From assembly GCA_023703675.1 (NCBI GenBank), contig CP097974.1, positions 661,288 through 725,287 of the forward strand: DNA of 64,000 nt, written 5' to 3'. The position numbers and the translations under genes were made by a program. Shown here piece by piece: positions 20,840-31,387 of this stretch. The DNA is from SAR86 cluster bacterium. GTDB taxonomy: Bacteria; Pseudomonadota; Gammaproteobacteria; Magnimaribacterales; AG-339-G14. The notes under the pieces are model-generated. The model was given only the letters and a program-made list of their open reading frames with translations, ran no database searches and was not told the origin of the DNA. How positions within the stretch are numbered: the first letter of the stretch is position 1; every line of letters starts with the position of its first letter.

Positions 20840-21304
20840 TTATTTAATCTTACGAATAGGCTCTACAAAATACCTATTAAAATGCGCCATAGATAAATCA
20901 TAGAGTTCTTTCTCAATTTCTTCTTTCAGATCTATTAAACTTACATCTTTGTTGACTAATTTGATTCCAAATTCATTTAAATCATCAAAACTCTTACTAG
21001 TTAGCTTAACAATTTCAAAAGCCTTGGATAAATTATTTAGATCAGAGTTTATTTTAAGTTGAAGTTCTTCAATCTTTTCTTCCATTAATGATTCATTAGT
21101 TATAGAAATTTTTGATTGCATAATTAAGGTTTTTAATTTCTCTAATCTTTTCCAAACAGATTCTTTTTCCTCAGGATTAAATGAATTCCAGTTTATTACT
21201 TCGTGAATGAACCTTTTACAACCTCTACAAACATCATCTCCATATGTCGTTGAGCAAATCCCTACACAAGGAGTTCGTGTGCGTACAGAAGAATCTTCAG
21301 ACAT
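20840..21304 (-). CDS. DUF1289 (YdhL-like Cys-rich) domain protein with C-terminal coiled-coil-like extension
   Basis: 154 aa. The N-terminal 'TPCVGICSTTYGDDVCRGCKRF' is the DUF1289 signature. The remainder is Lys/Glu-rich and helical-looking. Confidence 0.6.
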   Translation of the reverse strand: MSEDSSVRTRTPCVGICSTTYGDDVCRGCKRFIHEVINWNSFNPEEKESVWKRLEKLKTLIMQSKISITNESLMEEKIEELQLKINSDLNNLSKAFEIVKLTSKSFDDLNEFGIKLVNKDVSLIDLKEEIEKELYDLSMAHFNRYFVEPIRKIK

Positions 21305-21318
21305 GTTAATATATTAAC
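21305..21318. repeat. perfect 14-bp palindrome GTTAATATATTAAC in the 31-bp divergent gap between the DUF1289 gene and acnB
   Basis: Read directly from the sequence, which equals its own reverse complement. It begins 1 nt after the DUF1289 start codon, and its end is 17 nt from the acnB ATG. Confidence 0.9.
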
Positions 21319-21335
21319 AATTTTTACTTCTTAAT

Positions 21336-23912
21336 ATGCTTGAAAATTACAAAAAATCTCTGAAAGAAAGGGCTGAGCTCGGCATCCCTCCTTTGCCTCT
21401 AGATGCAGAACAAACTTCAAGTCTTATTGAATTAATAAAAGAATCAAAAAAAGAGAATAAAGAATTACTAGATCTTCTTATCAACAGAGTTCCTGCTGGC
21501 GTTGATGATGCAGCTTATGTGAAAGCAGCTTTCCTTGCTGACTTGTCACAAAAGAAAATTGAATGTGAATCAATCTCTCCTAAGGAGGCAACCTTCTATT
21601 TAGGTACTATGTTGGGTGGATACAATGTTGAGCCGCTCATAAAATTAATTGATGATGAAGAATGTGGTGAGATAGCAGTCGAAGCTCTTTCTAAAACACT
21701 TCTTATTTTTGATGCATTTAATGACATTGCAGAACTCTCAAAAAATTCTAAAAATGCATTAAAAATTTTAAACTCTTGGTCAAATGCTGAATGGTTTTTA
21801 TCGAAACCAGAAGTTCCAAGAGAAATAAAAGCAAGTATTTTTAAAGTTCCTGGGGAAACTAACACTGATGATTTATCGCCAGCTCCAGATGCTTGGTCAA
21901 GGCCAGATATTCCTCTTCATGCTTTAGCCATGTACAAAATGCCAAGAGAAGGAATAAAAAATCCAATCGAAACGATAAATAAATTAAAAGAAAAAGGGTT
22001 TCCTGTTGCATTAGTTGGCGATGTTGTTGGAACTGGGTCCTCAAGAAAATCTGCAACAAACTCTGTTCTTTGGCATATGGGCGAAGATATACCTTTTATA
22101 CCAAATAAAAAGACTGGAGGAATTTGCATCGGAGGAAAAATAGCACCGATTTTTTTTAATACTATGGAAGATGCCGGAACAATTGTTTTTGAAGCAGACG
22201 TGGAAAAGATGAATACGGGAGACGTTATAAATATTCATCCTTATGAAGGTGAAATATTGACAGAACAAGGAGACGTAATTTCAAAGTTTGAATTTAAATC
22301 AGAGACATTTTTAGATGAAGTTAGAGCTGGAGGAAGAATACCTCTAATTATAGGAAGAAGTCTGACTGATAAAACAAGAGAATATTTAAATTTAGATCCC
22401 ACCGATGTTTTTGTTAGGCCAGGAGATAACGATAGCTCGTCGGATGGTTTCACATTGGCTCAAAAGATGGTTGGCAAAGCGTGTGGAGTTGAGGGAATTA
22501 GACCCGGTACTTATTGTGAGCCAATCATGACTACTGTAGGCTCCCAAGATACTACCGGACCAATGACACGGGATGAGTTAAAAGAGCTAGCTTGTTTAGG
22601 ATTTACTTCTGATTTAGTTATGCAATCTTTTTGTCATACAGCGGCTTATCCAAAACCTGTAGATATAGAAACTCAACATACTCTTCCTGAATTCATTAAA
22701 ACTCGAGGTGGCATAGCTCTTAAACCTGGTGATGGAATAATTCACTCGTGGCTTAACCGAATGTTATTGCCAGATACTGTTGGTACCGGAGGAGATTCTC
22801 ATACTAGATTTCCTATCGGAATTAGTTTTCCTGCTGGATCAGGTCTAGTTGCCTTTGGTGCTGCTTTAGGAGTAATTCCTTTGGATATGCCAGAATCAGT
22901 TTTGGTGAAATTTTCAGGAAAGATGCAGCCTGGGATAACCTTAAGAGATTTAGTAAACGCGATACCTTATGCTGCAATTCAAAGAGGATTATTGACCGTA
23001 GAAAAGGAAGGTAAAAAAAATATATTTTCTGGACGATGTTTAGAAATTGAAGGACTTCCAAATCTAAAAATAGAGCAGGCTTTTGAACTATCCGACGCTT
23101 CTGCTGAACGATCTGCTTCAGGATGTACGGTGTTACTTGATGAAGAGCCTATTACTGAATATCTAAATTCAAACATAATCTTGCTTAGGTGGTTGATTTC
23201 GGAAGGATATGGAGATGCTAGAACCCTGGAAAGAAGAGCAAAAAAAATGGAGCAGTGGCTTTCAAATCCGGTGCTTTTGAAACCAGATGTTAACGCGAAG
23301 TATGCTGAGGTTATTGAAATCGATCTTAATGAGATTAAAGAGCCTTTGTTAGCATGTCCAAATGATCCAGATGATGTTAAAAGTTTATCTGAAATTGGAG
23401 AGGATAAAATAGATGAAGTTTTCATTGGATCTTGCATGACTAATATTGGTCACTTTAGAGCTGCAGGGAAATTACTTGAAAAAGTTAATTCCTTGCCGAC
23501 TAGATTATGGATTTCTCCTCCAACTAAAATGGATAAATTTCAATTAGAGGAAGAAGGCTTCTATAAGATTTTTGAAGACGCTGGTGTAAGAACAGAAGTT
23601 CCCGGATGTTCCCTTTGTATGGGAAACCAAGCGAGAGTGGAAGCTAATTCAACGGTAGTTTCTACTTCGACAAGGAATTTTCCAAACAGATTAGGAGATG
23701 GAGCAAATGTTTATTTAGCTTCTGCTGAGCTTGCGGCGATCTCTGCAATTCTTGGAAAACTACCAACCATTGAAGAATACCTTTCACACATGAGTGAGAT
23801 AAACACCATGTCAGCTGAAATATTTCGTTACATGAATTTTGATCAAATAGAAGCTTATAGAAAAGCTGCTAACTCGGCTACCCTTCCGTCGGTCACCATT
23901 GAAACTAACTAG
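21336..23912 (+). CDS. acnB: aconitate hydratase B / 2-methylisocitrate dehydratase
   Basis: 858 aa with the AcnB-specific N-terminal HEAT-like domain. Fe-S ligand motifs are 'GGDSHTRFP', 'IGSCMTN' and '[11 protein letters not shown]'. Confidence 0.97.
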   Translation: MLENYKKSLKERAELGIPPLPLDAEQTSSLIELIKESKKENKELLDLLINRVPAGVDDAAYVKAAFLADLSQKKIECESISPKEATFYLGTMLGGYNVEPLIKLIDDEECGEIAVEALSKTLLIFDAFNDIAELSKNSKNALKILNSWSNAEWFLSKPEVPREIKASIFKVPGETNTDDLSPAPDAWSRPDIPLHALAMYKMPREGIKNPIETINKLKEKGFPVALVGDVVGTGSSRKSATNSVLWHMGEDIPFIPNKKTGGICIGGKIAPIFFNTMEDAGTIVFEADVEKMNTGDVINIHPYEGEILTEQGDVISKFEFKSETFLDEVRAGGRIPLIIGRSLTDKTREYLNLDPTDVFVRPGDNDSSSDGFTLAQKMVGKACGVEGIRPGTYCEPIMTTVGSQDTTGPMTRDELKELACLGFTSDLVMQSFCHTAAYPKPVDIETQHTLPEFIKTRGGIALKPGDGIIHSWLNRMLLPDTVGTGGDSHTRFPIGISFPAGSGLVAFGAALGVIPLDMPESVLVKFSGKMQPGITLRDLVNAIPYAAIQRGLLTVEKEGKKNIFSGRCLEIEGLPNLKIEQAFELSDASAERSASGCTVLLDEEPITEYLNSNIILLRWLISEGYGDARTLERRAKKMEQWLSNPVLLKPDVNAKYAEVIEIDLNEIKEPLLACPNDPDDVKSLSEIGEDKIDEVFIGSCMTNIGHFRAAGKLLEKVNSLPTRLWISPPTKMDKFQLEEEGFYKIFEDAGVRTEVPGCSLCMGNQARVEANSTVVSTSTRNFPNRLGDGANVYLASAELAAISAILGKLPTIEEYLSHMSEINTMSAEIFRYMNFDQIEAYRKAANSATLPSVTIETN

Positions 23913-25381
23913 AAAGCTTTATTTGAATCTTTTCTTTCTATTTCAAGACTAGTTAAGTACTCTTTAGTTACAGAACCACAAACATAATTCCCATCAAAGA
24001 TTGAAGTTTCAAAACTTGAAATTTTTTTATTTCCAGCAACCGCGCATTCAATTAAGTCATGTAAATCTTGATAAACCAACCAATCTGCTCCTATGAAATC
24101 TGCTATTTGTTCTTCATTTCTCTGATGAGCTATTAACTCTTCTGTTGCGGCCATATCAATTCCATAAACGTTTTGAAATCTTATTGGAGGCGCAGCAGAA
24201 GCGAAAAAGACTTTCTTAGCTCCTGCGTCTCTTGCCATTTCAACAATTTCTTTGCTTGTGGTGCCTCTAACTATTGAATCGTCGATCAAAAGTATATTTT
24301 TATCTTTAAATTCAAAAGGAATTGGGTTTAACTTCCTGCGAACTGATTTTTTTCGCATATCTTGTTTAGGCATTATGAAGGTCCTACCTATGTATCTATT
24401 CTTAACAAATCCTTCACGATAATTAACACCGAGATATTTCGCAACTTCAATTGCAGAAGAAGTACTGCTTTCAGGAATGGGAATTACAGCGTCGATCTTT
24501 GAGTTAGGATGAACTGAATTAATTTTTTTTCCCAGCTTTTGACCCATTCTTAGCCTTGATTTCAATACTGAAATTTCTTCGATCACTGCATCAGGTCTTG
24601 CTAGGTATACATATTCAAATATGCATGGAGAATGTTGGGGAGAGTTATGACAAATTTTTCTGCTCATCTTTCCCTCCAAAGAAACAAATACTGCCTCTGC
24701 AGGTTTGAGATCACCTAGAATTTCAAAATCTAAAGCATCCAATGCGGGGCTTTCTGAAGCAAACATATAATCCGTTTTGCCTAGCAAGTCGTTTTCTTTT
24801 TTTCCCATCATTAAAGGTCTTATTCCATTGGGATCCCTAATAGCAAGAAGTCCGACGCCGCTAATCATTAATACTACCGAATATGCACCTTTTAAACGTA
24901 AATGCATTTTTTCCACAGCAGAAAATATTTCTTCCGGCGAAGGTGACTGTGAATTAATTTTTTGCATTTCATTAGCAAAAATATTCAAAATTACCTCAGA
25001 ATCTGAATCAGTATTTAAATGCCTGAGATCATTTTCATAAAGTTCCTGGGTAAGCTCTTTTGAATTTACTAAATTACCATTATGGCAAATGCTAATTCCA
25101 TATGGTGAATTTACGTAAAGCGGCTGTGAAAACTCTCTAGTCACTCCCCCTGCGGTTGGATATCTTACATGTCCAATTCCAATTTTCCCCTTTAAATTTT
25201 GAATATGTTGGGCTCTGAAAACTTCTCTAACCAAACCTATTTGTTTTCTAACATGAAGCTTACCGTCTTCTAAAGTGGCCATACCAGCGGCATCTTGCCC
25301 ACGATGTTGAATAACTGTTAAAGATTCGTAAATAGAAGAAGAAACCTCCTCTTCAGAAATAATTCCTATTATTCCACACAT
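23909..25381 (-). CDS. purF: amidophosphoribosyltransferase
   Basis: 490 aa with the Ntn-Cys N-terminus 'MCGIIGI' and the PRPP motif '[13 protein letters not shown]'. Confidence 0.97.
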   Translation of the reverse strand: MCGIIGIISEEEVSSSIYESLTVIQHRGQDAAGMATLEDGKLHVRKQIGLVREVFRAQHIQNLKGKIGIGHVRYPTAGGVTREFSQPLYVNSPYGISICHNGNLVNSKELTQELYENDLRHLNTDSDSEVILNIFANEMQKINSQSPSPEEIFSAVEKMHLRLKGAYSVVLMISGVGLLAIRDPNGIRPLMMGKKENDLLGKTDYMFASESPALDALDFEILGDLKPAEAVFVSLEGKMSRKICHNSPQHSPCIFEYVYLARPDAVIEEISVLKSRLRMGQKLGKKINSVHPNSKIDAVIPIPESSTSSAIEVAKYLGVNYREGFVKNRYIGRTFIMPKQDMRKKSVRRKLNPIPFEFKDKNILLIDDSIVRGTTSKEIVEMARDAGAKKVFFASAAPPIRFQNVYGIDMAATEELIAHQRNEEQIADFIGADWLVYQDLHDLIECAVAGNKKISSFETSIFDGNYVCGSVTKEYLTSLEIERKDSNKAF

Positions 25382-25383
25382 TT

Positions 25384-25887
25384 TTACAACAGCTGATTTG
25401 GTTCAATTTCAAAATCTTTAAAGTTTTCCATTTGGATATCTCCGATTATACGTCCAACTATTTTTGATGATTCAATAATGTAATACGATGTAGAACTTGA
25501 ATTCCACCAAGCTTGTTCAATTATATATTCATCGGCAATTAAATATAAAATTATTACAAAAAGGTAAAATTTAAAAAAACCTACTAAAAATCCCATTAAA
25601 TTAAATATAAAAAATCTTGGGTTAAACGCAAGAGAAAGAAATTTAAATAGAAATCTACAAAGAATAAAAAAAATAAGAAAAATTAAAACAAATGAGATTA
25701 ATTCTAAATATGAACTATCGTAAATTGACTGAAAGTAAGATAAAGGAGTTTTTCTTATGCTCCATGCTAGGCAAATAGAAATTATCCATATAAAAAAAGA
25801 ATAAATTTCCGCCATTAGTCCTCTAAAAAAACCTCTTAAGCTAAAAAAACCTAACAAACTCAGGAATAAGATATCGAAGAAACTCAT
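25384..25887 (-). CDS. cvpA: CvpA family membrane protein
   Basis: 167 aa with about 4 TM helices. It lies directly upstream of purF, the conserved cvpA-purF arrangement. Confidence 0.7.
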   Translation of the reverse strand: MSFFDILFLSLLGFFSLRGFFRGLMAEIYSFFIWIISICLAWSIRKTPLSYFQSIYDSSYLELISFVLIFLIFFILCRFLFKFLSLAFNPRFFIFNLMGFLVGFFKFYLFVIILYLIADEYIIEQAWWNSSSTSYYIIESSKIVGRIIGDIQMENFKDFEIEPNQLL

Positions 25888-27065
25888 GTAGTATTTTCTA
25901 TTTTAATATTCAGTGCCTCGTAGAATTTTCCAACTAGCTTAAACGAACCGAAAGCAACAAATAACGTATTTTTATCGGTTTTATCAACTATGTCATTTAT
26001 TTCAGAAATCTCATATCCACAGAAAACATTTTTACCTTTCCTGACTAGAAAATTTTCAATTTCTATATTTTTCATAATTTGAGGATGATTAAGTTCTGGT
26101 AAGTACCAATCATCAATAATATTTATGATAGGTTTTAGTATATTAGGTAGTTGCTTATCTTTATCACATGTGAAAATCGCATTTAACGTAAATTCAGAGT
26201 AATACTTATTTATAAAATTTTTTAAGTTTTCAATGCTGTCTGAATTATGAGAAACATCTAAGAGAAGATTTTTCGAAACTAAATGATTCCTGCCTAAAAA
26301 TGCGTATTCGTTTATTTTTTCTAGCTCACTCTTTGCATCTATTTCTGGGAAGTGAAGTTCGAAGATTTTTTTTGATATACCCAAAGAGTTTTTGTGAAAA
26401 TAAGCTGAATCCATATTTGTTTCATCTACTTTATGTAAATCCACATTTAATTTTTCAGCTATTTTTAAAACGCTGTTAGGCATAAATCCTTCTCCAAATA
26501 TAACAGTTTGATTAGTTCTAAAAATACCAGCTTTTTCTCTTCCTATATTTTCGACCCCTTTACCTAAAATATTTTCATGGTCTAATGCAACTTTAGTAAT
26601 TACTGAAATATCTGCATCGAAATAATTTGCAGGATCTAATCTACCTCCAAGCCCTACCTCAAGGATCCAAACATCTAATTTTTTTTTTGAAAAAAATAAA
26701 AAGGCCGCCGTAGCAATGATTTGGTAAAAATTTAATTCTTTTGATTCCTTTAATTTATCAACCTCCTCTAAACAATTCAGCAATGCTATGTCATCGATGT
26801 TTTCATTATTAATTCTTATTCTTTCATTAAATTTAACCAGATGCGGAGAAGTAAATAGGCCGACTTCGTATTTATTTTTTGCAAGAACTCGAGAAAGTAT
26901 TTCTGCTGTAGATCCTTTTCCGTTGGTTCCTGTTATAGAAATAATTTTATTAGGTTTTTTTATTTTTAGATTTACAAGGACTTGCTTCAATTTTTTAAAG
27001 CTCTGCTCCCTAAATATATTTTTTTTTCTGATTATTTGATTTAAGTAATCTTCAAGATCTGACAA
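25884..27065 (-). CDS. folC: bifunctional folylpolyglutamate synthase / dihydrofolate synthase
   Basis: 393 aa with the Mur-ligase P-loop 'ITGTNGKGST'. It sits in the conserved accD-folC position. Confidence 0.88.
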   Translation of the reverse strand: MSDLEDYLNQIIRKKNIFREQSFKKLKQVLVNLKIKKPNKIISITGTNGKGSTAEILSRVLAKNKYEVGLFTSPHLVKFNERIRINNENIDDIALLNCLEEVDKLKESKELNFYQIIATAAFLFFSKKKLDVWILEVGLGGRLDPANYFDADISVITKVALDHENILGKGVENIGREKAGIFRTNQTVIFGEGFMPNSVLKIAEKLNVDLHKVDETNMDSAYFHKNSLGISKKIFELHFPEIDAKSELEKINEYAFLGRNHLVSKNLLLDVSHNSDSIENLKNFINKYYSEFTLNAIFTCDKDKQLPNILKPIINIIDDWYLPELNHPQIMKNIEIENFLVRKGKNVFCGYEISEINDIVDKTDKNTLFVAFGSFKLVGKFYEALNIKIENTT

Positions 27066-27070
27066 AATAT

Positions 27071-27934
27071 TTATGTTCTCTTTAATTTCGATAAGAGATT
27101 TGAAATTTTTTCTTTCATTTCTGATCGATGCACAATCATATCTATAAGTCCATGCTCCAGCAGAAATTCGCTTCTTTGAAAGCCTTCTGGTAATTTCACC
27201 CTTACGGTATCTTCTATTACTCTAGGACCTGCAAAGCCAACCTGTGCTTTTGGTTCGGCAATATTTATATCGCCTAACATAGCTAAGCTGGCTGAAACAC
27301 CTCCATAAATTGGATCGGTCATAACGGAAATATAAGGTAATTTAGCTTCTTTTAATTTATTAAGCACTGCAGACGTTCTTGCCATTTGAAATAAAGAAAA
27401 GAGAGATTCTTGCATTCTAGCCCCGCCACTAGTTGAAAAACAAATGAATGGACAATTTAGCTTAATTGCCCTGTTGACTGCATCAACAAATTTCTGACCT
27501 ACAACTGATCCCATAGATCCACCCATAAATCTAAATTCGAAAACAGCAACTACAACTTCTTGAGAATTAAGTTTCCCGTGAGCACAAATCAATGCTTCTT
27601 TTTCTTCAATTTTATTTTTTGCTTCGCTTAATCTATCCTTGTATTTCTTAGAGTCTTTAAAAGAAAGCCAGTCTTTTGCCTCTGTATTTTTAGATATTTC
27701 TGAATATTTATTTTCATCAAATAAATACGTCAATCTATGTCTAGCACCTATCCTTATGTGGTGATCACAATTCATACAAACATATAAGTTTGATTCAAGG
27801 TCTGGGCCGTAAATAATTTCTTTACAATTTGGACAGCTTTGCCACAAACCTTGTGGCACAGGACTTTTTTTATCGTCTTTCTTATGAGCTCGAGCGAATG
27901 AAGGTAATATTCTATTAAACCAACTTTTAACCAT
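27071..27934 (-). CDS. accD: acetyl-CoA carboxylase carboxyltransferase beta subunit
   Basis: 287 aa with the zinc finger 'CPNCKEIIY...CMNCDHH' and 'SGGARMQE'. Confidence 0.93.
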   Translation of the reverse strand: MVKSWFNRILPSFARAHKKDDKKSPVPQGLWQSCPNCKEIIYGPDLESNLYVCMNCDHHIRIGARHRLTYLFDENKYSEISKNTEAKDWLSFKDSKKYKDRLSEAKNKIEEKEALICAHGKLNSQEVVVAVFEFRFMGGSMGSVVGQKFVDAVNRAIKLNCPFICFSTSGGARMQESLFSLFQMARTSAVLNKLKEAKLPYISVMTDPIYGGVSASLAMLGDINIAEPKAQVGFAGPRVIEDTVRVKLPEGFQRSEFLLEHGLIDMIVHRSEMKEKISNLLSKLKRT

Positions 27935-27937
27935 TGG

Positions 27938-28768
27938 TTATTGTATCGAAGATTTTATGCCTTCAACAAATTTTGAGATTTGACTAAAAATATCCTGAAA
28001 AGGTAAATCTTGTTGATTACTTATAATATCTACAATTGCGCTTCCTACGACAACTCCATCTGAGAAAACGGACATTTTTTTTGCTGTTTTTCTATCTTTA
28101 ATACCAAATCCTACGACGACTGGAATTTTTGAAAACTTTTTGATGCTCTCGACTCTCTCCTTCAAAGCGTTAAAAGAGTCAATTTCAGCGCCTGTAATTC
28201 CTTTTAGAGATACGTAATATATAAAACCAGAAGAGTTAGAAAGAATTTCATTAATCCTTAAATCATTGGTAGTTGGTGAAATTAACCTTATTAGATCTAT
28301 ATCAAATTTAGTTAATTTATTAAAAATTTCTTCACTTTCTTCGAAAGGAAGATCCACGATAATAAGTCCGTCAACTCCATGGTTTTTAAGTTCTCTGCAA
28401 ATATCATCATTAATGTCATGATTTCCCTTCGCAATTTCTAGAGAATTTATAAATGTATTGAAGTATCCCATCAGCACAATTGGGGTTTTATTGAATTTTT
28501 TTTTGAGTCTTTTGCTTAGTTTTAGAATTTCTTCAAGAGAAGTTTTGTTTTTTAGAGACCGTTCATGAGACAATTGAATCACTGGTCCTTCAGACATTGG
28601 ATCAGAAAATGGAACTCCAATCTCAATTATGTCAGCTCCGCTTGATATAATATTTTCAATAATTTTCTCAGATTCTTTCAGGTCAGGGTCGCCTGCAACA
28701 GTGTAGGTAACTAATGCTCTCGAATTGTTATTTTTTAACGCTTCAAAAGTTGAGCCTATGATGCTCAT
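27938..28768 (-). CDS. trpA: tryptophan synthase alpha chain
   Basis: 276 aa with '[18 protein letters not shown]' and 'GFGI'. It has a 4-nt overlap with trpB. Confidence 0.92.
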   Translation of the reverse strand: MSIIGSTFEALKNNNSRALVTYTVAGDPDLKESEKIIENIISSGADIIEIGVPFSDPMSEGPVIQLSHERSLKNKTSLEEILKLSKRLKKKFNKTPIVLMGYFNTFINSLEIAKGNHDINDDICRELKNHGVDGLIIVDLPFEESEEIFNKLTKFDIDLIRLISPTTNDLRINEILSNSSGFIYYVSLKGITGAEIDSFNALKERVESIKKFSKIPVVVGFGIKDRKTAKKMSVFSDGVVVGSAIVDIISNQQDLPFQDIFSQISKFVEGIKSSIQ

Positions 28769-29973
28769 AGAGTAAGGCCTTCAACCTTTGCTACATTTGC
28801 CATGTCTTTGTCTCCACGCCCTGAGAGATTGACGACAATTATCTCGTCTTTTGACATTTTTGGAGCAATCTTTTTCGCGTGAGCTAAGGCATGAGCAGTT
28901 TCTAAAGCTGGCATAATCCCTTCCGTCTTTGTAAGCTCATGAAAACTATCTAAAGCTTCTTCATCAGTCGCAGAATCATATTCAACTCTTCCAGAATCTT
29001 TTAGATAAGAGTGTTCTGGGCCCACTCCAGGATAATCTAAGCCAGCCGAAACAGATTTAGTGGATAAGATTTGTCCAGACTTATCCTGCATAAGATATGT
29101 CTTCATCCCATGCAAAACTCCTATACTTCCATCGCTTAAAGGAGCAGCATGTTCTCCAGATTCAATTCCTGAACCACCGGCTTCAACTCCTATTAAATCA
29201 ACAGAATTATCTTTTAAAAACGGATAAAAAATACCCATTGCGTTTGAACCACCGCCTACACAAGCAATGATTTTGTCGGGATATCTGCCAAAAAGATTTC
29301 GCGATTGTTCTTTTAGTTCAACTCCTACAATAGAATTAAAATCTCTAACAATTTTTGGATAAGGGTGAGGTCCTGCAACGCTACCAATTATATAATGAGT
29401 GTCATCGACATTTGTTACCCAATCCCTCATAGCTTCATTCATTGCGTCTTTAAGAGTTTTTGTTCCAGAAGTAACAGGAAATACTTCGGCTCCTAAAAGT
29501 TTCATTCGATAAACATTTGGAGATTGTCTTTCAATGTCTTCTTCTCCCATAAATATAATACATTCCAAGCCGTGCCTTGCAGCTACTGCAGCTGTTGCTA
29601 CTCCATGCTGTCCCGCTCCAGTTTCAGCTATGATCCTTTTTTTACCCATATGTTTCGCAAGCAAAACCTGACCTACAGTGTTATTTATCTTGTGAGCACC
29701 CGTATGGTTCAAGTCTTCCCTTTTAAGATAAATCTGGGCACCAGATAATTGTTCTGTCCATCTTTTTGCAAAATACAATGGGGAAGGTCTTCCAACAAAA
29801 TTATTTAAATCTTCATTAATCTCTTTTTTAAAATTCTCGTCATCTTTTAAAGTTTCGTATGTATTTTCAAGTTGCTCTAAGGCTGCCATTAGAGTTTCTG
29901 AAACATATTTACCTCCGTATTCACCGAATCTTCCTGCGGAATCTGGAAAGCTATAGTTGTCTTTATCTTTCAT
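28765..29973 (-). CDS. trpB: tryptophan synthase beta chain
   Basis: 402 aa with the PLP-lysine motif '[11 protein letters not shown]' and 'GGGSNAMG'. Confidence 0.97.
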   Translation of the reverse strand: MKDKDNYSFPDSAGRFGEYGGKYVSETLMAALEQLENTYETLKDDENFKKEINEDLNNFVGRPSPLYFAKRWTEQLSGAQIYLKREDLNHTGAHKINNTVGQVLLAKHMGKKRIIAETGAGQHGVATAAVAARHGLECIIFMGEEDIERQSPNVYRMKLLGAEVFPVTSGTKTLKDAMNEAMRDWVTNVDDTHYIIGSVAGPHPYPKIVRDFNSIVGVELKEQSRNLFGRYPDKIIACVGGGSNAMGIFYPFLKDNSVDLIGVEAGGSGIESGEHAAPLSDGSIGVLHGMKTYLMQDKSGQILSTKSVSAGLDYPGVGPEHSYLKDSGRVEYDSATDEEALDSFHELTKTEGIMPALETAHALAHAKKIAPKMSKDEIIVVNLSGRGDKDMANVAKVEGLTL

Positions 29974-30583
29974 ATTTCTTTACAAAATCTATAAAATTTT
30001 TCATCTTAGTAGTGTCTTTTACACCTTTTTTTGATTCAACTCCACTACATACATCCACTCCGAAAGGAATAAAATAATCTAATAGCCTAAGGATATTATT
30101 AGGATTAAGCCCACCGGCAATAATTAAATTATTAAAATTTGTTGGAATCTGATTCCAATCAAATTTTTCTCCTGTTCCTCCAGATAATTGCTCGGTACCA
30201 GAGTCTAATAAAATTTGTTCTGCAGATTCATAGTTTCTCAAGAAGTTTTCATGATTTGAAATATTGCTTACGTTGATAGATTTTATGTAAGGTTTGTTAA
30301 ATTTTTCACAAAATGAACGAGTTTCAGACCCATGAAATTGTAATGTACTGTTTGGGAAGATTTGCAAAAAATTATAAACTTCTTCGTCTTCTGGATTAAC
30401 AAATACTGGAACAACAGTAATCTCTTTGCTCAGAACCCTCTTGATTTTTAATAATTCTGATTCATCAACGTATCTCGGACTTTTTACAAATTGATTTAGA
30501 CCAATTGCATCGGCCCCATATTTAATTGCTGAATAGGCATCTTTTTCGTTTGTGATTCCACATATTTTTACAAAGATACTCAT
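29963..30583 (-). CDS. trpF: phosphoribosylanthranilate isomerase
   Basis: 206 aa with 'VKICGIT', 'ADAIGL' and C-terminal 'GVDVCSGVE'. Confidence 0.88.
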   Translation of the reverse strand: MSIFVKICGITNEKDAYSAIKYGADAIGLNQFVKSPRYVDESELLKIKRVLSKEITVVPVFVNPEDEEVYNFLQIFPNSTLQFHGSETRSFCEKFNKPYIKSINVSNISNHENFLRNYESAEQILLDSGTEQLSGGTGEKFDWNQIPTNFNNLIIAGGLNPNNILRLLDYFIPFGVDVCSGVESKKGVKDTTKMKNFIDFVKKYER

Positions 30584-30589
30584 TTTAAG

Positions 30590-31387
30590 TTAACTTGGCA
30601 GGACTGAATGTTTTACAGGAGGTTTTTTAATCTTAAACTCACTTGGATACTCAGGACCAATAAAGTATAAACCGCTAGCAGCTAAAGTTTTGCCAGAGAG
30701 ATTTCTGTCGCGACTTTCAATAATACTTTTCATCTTTTTTGGGTCTTTATCATTCAGTCCAAAATCAAGTAATGTTCCAATAATAATTCTCACCATATTT
30801 AATAAAAAAGCATTTGCTGAGATTTCAATTGATATTAATTTTTTCTTTTTTGTGAAATTTATCTCGAATATTTCCCTAATTGGTGTTTTTGATTGACAAC
30901 CAGAGGACCTAAAACTCGAAAAATCTTTTTCACCTATTAAAAATTTTGAAGCCTCCTTCATATTCTCAAGGTTTATTTTATCTTTAACCAAAGTAGTTTT
31001 ATTTTTATAAAATATGGATGTACTGTCATCATTAAGAATGAAGTATTTGTAAGTTCTTTTAACGGCTGAAAATCTTGCATGAAATTCATTTGATACCCGC
31101 TTGACCCAAATTATTTTTATATCGTCAGGCAATATGGAATTTGCTCCGTCTTTCCAAGCTTTCAAAGTTCTTTTTTGCTGAGAATCAAAATGGATAACTT
31201 GCGAAAGTGCATTGACTCCTGAATCAGTTCTCCCCGCACAAATTGAGTTTATTTTTATATCAGCTATCTTTGTTAAAGCTTCCTCAACTTTAGCTTGGAC
31301 TGTTTCATTTGTTGATTTTTGAATCTGCCAGCCTTTATAGTTTTTACCAAAATACTCTACTCCCGCGGCGTATCTATCAACTTCCAT
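30590..31387 (-). CDS. truA: tRNA pseudouridine(38-40) synthase
   Basis: 265 aa with 'YFGKNYKGWQ' and the catalytic Asp motif 'AGRTDSGVNA'. Confidence 0.92.
   Translation of the reverse strand: MEVDRYAAGVEYFGKNYKGWQIQKSTNETVQAKVEEALTKIADIKINSICAGRTDSGVNALSQVIHFDSQQKRTLKAWKDGANSILPDDIKIIWVKRVSNEFHARFSAVKRTYKYFILNDDSTSIFYKNKTTLVKDKINLENMKEASKFLIGEKDFSSFRSSGCQSKTPIREIFEINFTKKKKLISIEISANAFLLNMVRIIIGTLLDFGLNDKDPKKMKSIIESRDRNLSGKTLAASGLYFIGPEYPSEFKIKKPPVKHSVLPS

Noticed and set aside
21596-23437. A chain of seven antisense ORFs inside acnB, including a 152-aa ORF at 22979-23437. It could suggest an overlapping gene.
   Set aside because: Four of them, including the longest, are in one antisense frame, and its codons pair with sense positions 3-1-2. 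In that frame stops arise only opposite a Tyr codon after a pyrimidine-ending codon, or a His/Gln codon after a T-ending codon, so it is expected to stay open. The products are Ser/Phe/Ile-rich and of low complexity with no motifs. The same frame relationship explains 17724-18086, and the other antisense ORFs on the track are probably of the same kind.
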